DNA of 63,610 nucleotides. Source: an uncultured Oscillospiraceae bacterium. Lineage in GTDB: Bacteria > Bacillota > Clostridia > Oscillospirales > Acutalibacteraceae. The stretch is taken from positions 1 through 63,610 of the forward strand of contig UQRS01000001.1 of assembly GCA_900543525.1 (NCBI GenBank), in the 5' to 3' direction. Under the pieces are notes generated by a model. That model was given only the letters and a program-made list of their open reading frames with translations, did no database searches and was not told the origin of the DNA. A program made the position numbers and the translations under genes. Positions 57,188 through 63,610 of the stretch are shown here, one piece after another; positions within the stretch are counted from its first letter, which is position 1, and each line of letters begins with the position of its first letter.

Positions 57188-60127
57188 ATGGTAAAGCAGC
57201 ACCGAATACTTGCATGGGTACTCTCTCTGGCGCTGGTGTTCTCGACCCTCTCCTCCGCTGTTTTGTGCAGCGCGGAGAGTCCGTCGGTCATCGTTCGCTA
57301 CGCCTTTTCGGGGAGGGAGAGTGCTCTCCCCGGCTATGCGGAGGGGCAGGTAACCATGACCTCCCGCTCGATTGCAAAGGGGTACTACATACTCTACTGG
57401 GCGAACGACTCCGGCATTCTTCCCGGGTATGAGAAGATTGCCGCCGTCCCGGTCGTTTCCGATGCCTCCACCACCTACGACATGGTGGAAAACATGGCCA
57501 TCCCGGAGGGTGCTACAAAGCTCGCCGTCTTTGCTGCGACCGGAACCGAGCCGACCTCGACCGACATTGCCGAAGCGGCGGTATACACCATCCCCGAAGA
57601 CAAGCGCTTCCAGAGCGGCAAGCAGGAGATGACCTTTGCCTCGGTATCCGACGTGCACGTCAATTACAACAGCTCGGATCCCAACTCGGATAACTATTGC
57701 GGCGCGCCGGAGAAATGGACGGCGGCGCTGAATTACTTTGCCGATCTGAAGCTGGATATGGTGGTCATTTCCGGCGACTGCACCGGCGGAGGGCACGCGT
57801 CGGAATACACGACCTACAAGGCCAGTATTGAGGCCTCCAACTACGATGCGAACAAAATTTATATGGCGCGCGGCAATCACGACTCGCAGGAGAACGCCAA
57901 TTTCATCAATTACACCGGACACAGCGACATGATCCGCCCCTTCGATGATTCCCCCTGGTTCTATGTGCTGAAGAAGGGTGAGCAGGGGGAGAAGAATAAC
58001 CTCTTCATCTTCCTGGCGCAGGAGCTGTCCTCCATCTCCAACACGCCCAATCAGGACAATTTCTCCACCCGGCAGCTCGACTGGCTGGAGGGGCTGCTGT
58101 CCACCTACTCCGGCACGAATACCAACATTTTCATCCTGGAGCACGCCTTCTACCACAACTGGGGACCGGGAGACCGGTACAACGGCGTTTATGTGCAGCC
58201 GATGCATCTCAAGGACTCTTTTTCCGGGAATATGCGGCTGCAGAGCCTCCTCATGGAGTATAAAGAGGCGGTCTTCATGACCGGGCATTCCCACATTGCT
58301 TTCAGCGAAATGGTCAACTATTCGGATGAGAACGGCACCGCCTGCCGTATGATTCACAACAGCTCCACCTCTCAGCTGCGGACCTATACCTCCTCCGGCT
58401 CGATCAGCTACCGCGCCGAGGGAAGGGTCGACAACAAAAACGGCAGCGAGGGATATGTGGTCGGCGTGTATGCCAACGACATCGTCTATAACGGCACCAA
58501 CCTGACCACGCGGGAGAAAATCCCGACCGCCTGCTACATCTTCCCCTCCTATACCGAGGACCGGTCGGCCGCCACCTCCATTGCGGTGACGCGGCAGCCG
58601 AACCAGACGAAGTATAACGCGGGAGAGTTTTTCAACGCCGCCGGAATGGAGATCACGGCAACCTATGCCGACGGCTCCACCGCCGTTGTGCAGGGCTGGG
58701 GACTGAAGAACAATCTCTCGCTTGGCGACAACGCGAAGGAGGTTGTGGTGACCTACGGTGATCTGGAGGTTTCCGTCCCCATCCATATTTCCCGCATCAC
58801 CGACGTGTTTGAGGGCAGCGGAACCAAGGCGGATCCCTTCCTGATCCAGAGCGCCTCTGACTTTGCCCACCTGACCGCTTGCTTCGCCACGATAAAGGGA
58901 AGCAGCTCCAATGACGCCACTACCTTCGGCGCCGGTATGTTCTTCCGCCAGACGGCCGATATTGATATGACCGGCTATGCCGGATACACCGGAACGCAGG
59001 CAAACGGCTCCAGTAAATACGGCTTCAGCGGCGTGTACGACGGCAACGGCTATACCATCCGGGTCGCTTTGAATGAGAGCAATCGGTCGGATGTCTCCAT
59101 CTTCCCCTACCTGAACGGTGTGGTCATGAACACCCGGTTTGCCGGCTCCATCACGGGCAAGTCGAATGTTCAGCCCATCCGTACGATCGGCAAAAACGGC
59201 CTTGTCTTAAACTGCGACAGCGAGATGCAGATTACCTCGAACGATTATTCCTGCGGCCTCTCGCTCTCCAACTACGGCACGGTGATTCAGTACAGCTCGC
59301 GCTGCGCGCTGAGCGGCCCGCACTGCTATGCATACAGCAAGCTCGATTCCGACAGCTACTCCTACAGCGACAGCTACCACTACTGCACCGACAGCGGCAG
59401 CCTGCTTGCCTCCTCCAACGGGACGCAGAGCGACGACGTGTCTGTGATTGCGGATGATTTCAACAATCACAAAAAGGCTTCGATCACCGCGGCTGTGGAG
59501 CGTCTGCAAAAGTATGACAGCAGCTATACGGATGAGGCCATCTGCCTCTGGAACAGCGAGGACGGAAAGCTGACCGCCATCCATATTCCCTATGCGCCGG
59601 TTGACCGCACGCCGCCCACCATCACCATCCAGCCGAGCTTTGACGCCTCCAAGGTGCTGCAGAGCGACGACGCGACGGTGACCATCACGGCGGAGGACGA
59701 GGGCGGCATCGACAGCGTAACCTATCAGATCGGGGAGGCCGACGCGGTCACGGTGACCGCAGAAGAGCTTCCGATTGTGCTGAACAATCTGCCGGACGGG
59801 GAGTATTCCATCCGGGTGACCGCCATCGACAAGGTCGGCAACCGGGCGGAGGAGTCCCTCTCCATCCGCAAGGAGAGCAAGGCGGAGGTTCTGCTGGGTG
59901 ACGTTAACGCCGACGGCCTCCTGACCGTGGCCGACGTCGTCGCACTCCGCCAGCTGATCCTGAACGGTTCGGGCAGCGAGTATGAGCTTGCAGTGGGCAA
60001 CGTGGATCAGGAGGGCTTGATCACCGTCTCTGACGTGGTGCTGCTGCGGAGCAACATCATTTCCGGAAAGCGGCCGACCATCACCATCCCGGCCGATCTG
60101 ATCCCCGTCCATGCGGACGTCGCCTGA
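57188..60127 (+). CDS. Secreted calcineurin-like metallophosphoesterase with Ig-like/GLUG-like modules and a C-terminal dockerin
   Basis: Signal peptide from ATG 57188 (GGAAGG RBS). Motifs SDVHVN, ISGDCTGG, RGNHDS, TGHSHI. C-terminal GDVNADGLLTVADVVALRQ...GNVDQEGLITVSDVVLLRS is a dockerin. Confidence 0.85.
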   Translation: MVKQHRILAWVLSLALVFSTLSSAVLCSAESPSVIVRYAFSGRESALPGYAEGQVTMTSRSIAKGYYILYWANDSGILPGYEKIAAVPVVSDASTTYDMVENMAIPEGATKLAVFAATGTEPTSTDIAEAAVYTIPEDKRFQSGKQEMTFASVSDVHVNYNSSDPNSDNYCGAPEKWTAALNYFADLKLDMVVISGDCTGGGHASEYTTYKASIEASNYDANKIYMARGNHDSQENANFINYTGHSDMIRPFDDSPWFYVLKKGEQGEKNNLFIFLAQELSSISNTPNQDNFSTRQLDWLEGLLSTYSGTNTNIFILEHAFYHNWGPGDRYNGVYVQPMHLKDSFSGNMRLQSLLMEYKEAVFMTGHSHIAFSEMVNYSDENGTACRMIHNSSTSQLRTYTSSGSISYRAEGRVDNKNGSEGYVVGVYANDIVYNGTNLTTREKIPTACYIFPSYTEDRSAATSIAVTRQPNQTKYNAGEFFNAAGMEITATYADGSTAVVQGWGLKNNLSLGDNAKEVVVTYGDLEVSVPIHISRITDVFEGSGTKADPFLIQSASDFAHLTACFATIKGSSSNDATTFGAGMFFRQTADIDMTGYAGYTGTQANGSSKYGFSGVYDGNGYTIRVALNESNRSDVSIFPYLNGVVMNTRFAGSITGKSNVQPIRTIGKNGLVLNCDSEMQITSNDYSCGLSLSNYGTVIQYSSRCALSGPHCYAYSKLDSDSYSYSDSYHYCTDSGSLLASSNGTQSDDVSVIADDFNNHKKASITAAVERLQKYDSSYTDEAICLWNSEDGKLTAIHIPYAPVDRTPPTITIQPSFDASKVLQSDDATVTITAEDEGGIDSVTYQIGEADAVTVTAEELPIVLNNLPDGEYSIRVTAIDKVGNRAEESLSIRKESKAEVLLGDVNADGLLTVADVVALRQLILNGSGSEYELAVGNVDQEGLITVSDVVLLRSNIISGKRPTITIPADLIPVHADVA

Positions 60128-60146
60128 CATAGCAAAAAGCAATAGT

Positions 60147-60180
60147 AAAAAGGCGGCCGATTTCGGCTGCCTTTTTGGTT
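60147..60180. terminator. Bidirectional intrinsic terminator
   Basis: AAAAAGGCGGCCGA-TT-TCGGCTGCCTTTTT. Confidence 0.8.
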
Positions 60181-60285
60181 TTATCCCGGCCGTCGCCGCC
60201 CCTCACTTTAAGCTGACAGGCGGCACGGCTCGACTCCTGTCAGCTGATGAAAGCGCGCCTCTTCTGTTCCTCTTTGCTCCTGCGG

Positions 60286-61848
60286 TCAGCCTCTGCCCAG
60301 GATGGCGTCCATGTCCTGCTGCGGTGCGGTGACCGGCTGCAGGCCGTAGGTGTCCACCAGTATTTTTACAACCGGCTCCGACAGGAAAGCGGGCAGCGTC
60401 GGCCCAAGATACATATTCTTAATGCCCAGCGACAAAAGGGTCAGCAGGATGCAGACCGCCTTCTGCTCATACCAGGAGAGCACCAGCGTCAGAGGAAGCT
60501 CGTTGACGCCGCATTTGAAAACGTCCGCCAGTGCCAGCGCCACCTGGATGGCGCTGTATGCGTCGTTGCACTGCCCCATGTCCAGAATACGCGGCAGCCC
60601 GTCGATTTCCCCGAGATCGAGATCGTTGAATCGGTACTTTCCGCAGGCCAGCGTCAGCACAAGGCTGTCCATCGGCGTTTGCTTTACAAACTCGGTGTAA
60701 TAGTTCCTGCCCGGATGTGCGCCGTCGCAGCCTCCGACCAGGAAAATGTGCTTGATCGCGCCCTTCTGAATGGCGCTTACCACCTTGTCGGCGTTGGCCA
60801 GCACGGCTCCGTGCGCAAACCCGGTGGTGACCATATGCCCTCCGTTGATGCCGCTCATGCTGTGATCCTGCGTGTACCCGCCCAGAGCCAGCGCCTGCTC
60901 GATGATCGGGGTGAAATCCTTGTTTCCTTCATCGTCTCCGGAGATGTGGGTCATGCCCTCGTATCCCACAACCGAGGTCGTATAAATCCGGTCGGCATAG
61001 CTCGGCCGCGGCGGCATCAGACAGTTGGTTGTAAAGAGTACGGGTGCCGGAATATCCGCAAACTCCTTTTGCTGACTCTGCCACGCCGTGCCGAAGTTCC
61101 CGGCCAGGTGCGGGAATTTTTTCAACTCCGGGTAGCCGTGCGCCGGCAGCATCTCGCAGTGGGTGTAGACGTTGATCCCCTTGTCCTTTGTCTGCTCCAG
61201 CAGCTGGTACAGATCCTTCAGATCGTGTCCGGATACGACAATAAACGGCCCCTTTTTGATGTCCAGATTGACTCTGGTCGGGGTCGGTGTCCCGAATGTG
61301 CCGGTGTTTGCCCGATCCAGAAGCGCCATGCATTTCAGGTTGACCTGACCGAACTCCATAATCAGCGCCAGCCATTCCTCCACCGTGTGTTCCCGGTTGA
61401 CTTCGCAGAGGCCTTTGTAAAACCAGCCGCTGACCTCCGGATCCTCATACCCGAGGTTCATGCTGTGATGGGCGTAGGCCGCCATCCCCTTCATCCCGAA
61501 GAGCAGCGTGGATCTTAAAGAAACGATGTCGGTTTCGCCCTTCCATAAATCCACAATTTCTTCGTTATACCCGCCAAGCCTTTTCTGCTCGGCGCGCACG
61601 CGGTCGGTGAATTTTTGGATGGAGGCGTTGTCGAAATTCACGTTGGTAAGGGTGGTGAACAGTCCGTCCATCAGCAGCCGGGTGGCAGTTTTTGTCTGCT
61701 GCCCGGCCTGCTCGGCCGCCAGCGCAAGCCGGATCAGCTCGCGAACCAACTCATCCTGCAGGTTCGCCGTCTCCGGCTGCTTGCCGCATACCCCCGTGCG
61801 TACGCAGCCTTTGTTGCCGGCCGTCTGCTGACACTGAAAACAAAACAT
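60286..61848 (-). CDS. hcp: Hydroxylamine reductase (hybrid cluster protein)
   Basis: MFCFQCQQTAGNKGC N-terminal cluster motif, and GQCNDAYSA. Start set at ATG 61848. Confidence 0.93.
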   Translation of the reverse strand: MFCFQCQQTAGNKGCVRTGVCGKQPETANLQDELVRELIRLALAAEQAGQQTKTATRLLMDGLFTTLTNVNFDNASIQKFTDRVRAEQKRLGGYNEEIVDLWKGETDIVSLRSTLLFGMKGMAAYAHHSMNLGYEDPEVSGWFYKGLCEVNREHTVEEWLALIMEFGQVNLKCMALLDRANTGTFGTPTPTRVNLDIKKGPFIVVSGHDLKDLYQLLEQTKDKGINVYTHCEMLPAHGYPELKKFPHLAGNFGTAWQSQQKEFADIPAPVLFTTNCLMPPRPSYADRIYTTSVVGYEGMTHISGDDEGNKDFTPIIEQALALGGYTQDHSMSGINGGHMVTTGFAHGAVLANADKVVSAIQKGAIKHIFLVGGCDGAHPGRNYYTEFVKQTPMDSLVLTLACGKYRFNDLDLGEIDGLPRILDMGQCNDAYSAIQVALALADVFKCGVNELPLTLVLSWYEQKAVCILLTLLSLGIKNMYLGPTLPAFLSEPVVKILVDTYGLQPVTAPQQDMDAILGRG

Positions 61849-62149
61849 ATCAGACATGCAATCCATTTCTCCTCTTTGCGTATTTTTCCTTTGCCGATTG
61901 TTTCCGACAGAGGCGGAAAGCCAGCTTTATGCTTTCCGGATCCTTTTTAGTTTTGCAAAGAAGCGCAAATCTATTCCTCATATGAGGTATATTTTGAAAA
62001 ATCTGCTTTGCGCTGCGGCCGGCCTCGACCTTTCAATTGTCGGCCGCAAAGGAGATTTTTTACATTAAGCGCCTATGTTTCCACCGACTTTGTTTTGATG
62101 AATGGCGGCCGTGTATCTAAAATAACGGTCGAAAGGAGGTGAAAACCTG

Positions 62150-62401
62150 ATGGAAGAAATGAAATTTGCAGCAGGCTCTGTACCGGTCGCCGTCGCGGCA
62201 AGAGTGTACGGAAAAGATGCATCCTGGATCAGAGCGGGAATTGTTTGCGGCTGGCTTCCGATCGGGAAAGCGACCAGAGGCGGAAAGCTTGTAACAAAAT
62301 TGGAAGAGATGAACGCAAAGTACGGGCGCATCAACTTCTATATTTCCTCGAAACGTTTATGGGAAGAGACCGGCTATTTATGGAAGGGGGAAAGAAGATA
62401 G
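62150..62401 (+). CDS. Small phage/ICE-type DNA-binding (excisionase-like) protein
   Basis: GAAAGGAGG RBS. The pattern ..AARVYGKDASWIRAGIVCGWLPIGKA....INFYISSKRLWEETGY resembles small HTH proteins found next to integrases in Firmicute prophages. Confidence 0.5.
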   Translation: MEEMKFAAGSVPVAVAARVYGKDASWIRAGIVCGWLPIGKATRGGKLVTKLEEMNAKYGRINFYISSKRLWEETGYLWKGERR

Positions 62402-62519
62402 ATGTGGGTACTGCCAAGCCTTTCCGGGAAATCGCCGTGCGCACCCCAGATTCTGTTAAAGCATTGGCGGGCCGAATTTTTTGGCTGGCGAGCCGAACCC
62501 TGAAATAAGCAAAAACGGG

Positions 62520-62566
62520 AAAAAGAAAGACACGCTCTGTCCTTTACGACAAAGCGTGTCTTTTGG
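62520..62566. terminator. Intrinsic terminator downstream of ssrA, also serving the convergent small gene
   Basis: AGACACGCT ... AGCGTGTCT with T-runs on both strands. Confidence 0.7.
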
Positions 62567-62617
62567 TTTGGACGAAAACTCGACCCCATACAATAAAGGG
62601 TTCGGATATGCGTCCAA

Positions 62618-62966
62618 TGGTGGAGGCGAGGGGAGTCGAACCCCTGTCCAAAAGCCTGTTGCCAAAGGCATCTCCGAGCGCAGACGGTGTATAAACATTC
62701 CCTCCGCGGTCCGCCCGCCGTCAGGCAGACCGTTTCAGTAGCCTCTGATGCATGGCAGGGTCAGAGGCATCGCCCTGCGCACGTTCACCGCTAAATGACG
62801 CCCTTACCGGATCGCGGTAGTTCCGGGTCGGACGGCAGCCTTAATTAGGCTGCAAGAGCAACTTGATTGTTGTCGTTTAATTTTAAAGGTTGCGGATTTT
62901 ATAGCGGTTCCGCACCGCTGCTCGCTTCCCTTGGTTCCAAACCCCTGTCGAAACCTTTACGCCCCC
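62618..62966 (-). ncRNA. ssrA: tmRNA (SsrA)
   Basis: Minus strand starts GGGGGCGTAAAGGTTTCGACAGGGG and ends GGGGTTCGACTCCCCTCGCCTCCACCA. The internal tag frame ends ..NDNNQVALAA-TAA (stop at 62845-62847). Directly downstream of smpB. Confidence 0.93.
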
Positions 62967-63011
62967 ATGTTTTTTTCGTTTTCCGACCGTACGGTCGTCC
63001 GGTTTGCCGGC

Positions 63012-63476
63012 TTAGCGGTTGCTTTCCTTGAGCGCGCGCTCCACATCCCGTTTGGCCGATTTGGCCGCCATGGCCGCGCGCTTGTCGTACAGCTTTTTGC
63101 CCTTGCAGAGTCCGAGCTGCACCTTCACCCTCGATCCCTTAAAATACAGCGAGAGGGGAATCAGCGTCAGCCCCTGCTGCTTGGTCAGGCCGAGAAACCG
63201 CATAATCTCCCGCTTGTGCAGCAGGAGGCGGCGTTCCCGCCTCGGCTCCCGGTTAAAGATGTTTCCCTGCTCGTACGGGCTGATGTGCATGCCCTTGACG
63301 ATCAGCTCACCGTCCTCGATCGCGCACCAGGCATCCTTCAGGTTGACGCCGCCGCGCCGGATGGACTTTACTTCCGTTCCGGTCAGCTCGATGCCGGCTT
63401 CTACGCTTTCCTCCACAAAATAATCGTGGAAGGCTTTTTTGTTCACCGTGATGGTCTTGGTGTTTTCCTTGCCCAC
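63012..63476 (-). CDS. smpB: SsrA-binding protein
   Basis: [28 protein letters not shown] and LLLHKREI are canonical SmpB. Confidence 0.95.
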   Translation of the reverse strand: MGKENTKTITVNKKAFHDYFVEESVEAGIELTGTEVKSIRRGGVNLKDAWCAIEDGELIVKGMHISPYEQGNIFNREPRRERRLLLHKREIMRFLGLTKQQGLTLIPLSLYFKGSRVKVQLGLCKGKKLYDKRAAMAAKSAKRDVERALKESNR

Positions 63477-63610
63477 GCCGGCACCTCCTTTCGGTGCGTA
63501 TTAACAGTATACCATACCCCTATGCAAAGTCAAGGAAGGAAAATATGGGAAAAGAAAAATTTGAGAAAAAGGCAATTTTTTTCTTGACATATTCGATTTT
63601 TAGGATATAA

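Noticed and set aside
62931-63587. 218-aa plus-strand ORF.
   Set aside because: It is antisense to smpB and overlaps the 5' end of ssrA.

Overview
High-GC Firmicute (Clostridia) chromosome segment, probably Oscillospiraceae/Ruminococcaceae-like. This is supported by glgD, T-box control, a tmRNA tag ending in ALAA, and two dockerin-bearing secreted proteins. All calls come from reading the sequence and recalling protein families; nothing was searched and GC content was judged by eye. Layout: (1) 1-13.9 kb is a mosaic integrated element. It holds the tail of a large serine recombinase, tnpV, a small accessory gene, an AT-richer orphan 515-aa gene with a zinc-ribbon gene, then a cargo block (TetR, two SAM methyltransferases, ATC-hydrolase-family protein, ZIP transporter, HMA protein, two half-transporter ABC exporters) and an AT-richer ABC-2 transporter. 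Its right edge abuts a 3' remnant of rpmJ directly upstream of rpsM. (2) 14.0-16.9 kb is the alpha-operon tail rpsM-rpsK-rpsD-rpoA-rplQ. (3) The rest is housekeeping and envelope genes: MATE, pyrG, glgBCDA, an interrupted DIP1984-family gene, hemW, a lipoprotein, a flavodiiron protein, T-box-controlled leuA, DUF1015, a GldA/F/G-like ABC cluster with DUF4340, nrdDG, dut, an anchored esterase, metQNI, a sulfatase, a 1465-aa GH51-like dockerin enzyme, a dockerin metallophosphoesterase, hcp, ssrA (tmRNA) and smpB. The most interesting observation is a strongly signalled 38-codon ORF, below the ORF-track cutoff, in the metQNI leader. It has 9 Met and 3 Cys codons, and its 3' part can pair with the 3' arm of the downstream intrinsic terminator. 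That is a candidate methionine leader-peptide attenuator at a position where a SAM riboswitch or Met T-box would be expected. Other items: the rpmJ-remnant island junction, a MITE-like inverted-repeat element sharing a 32-nt core with the GH gene leader, GATC-rich GC-rich intergenic repeats, an octanucleotide microsatellite in a divergent promoter, and an in-frame TGA in the DIP1984 gene. Many long ORFs in the track are antisense artefacts of high GC and were rejected.
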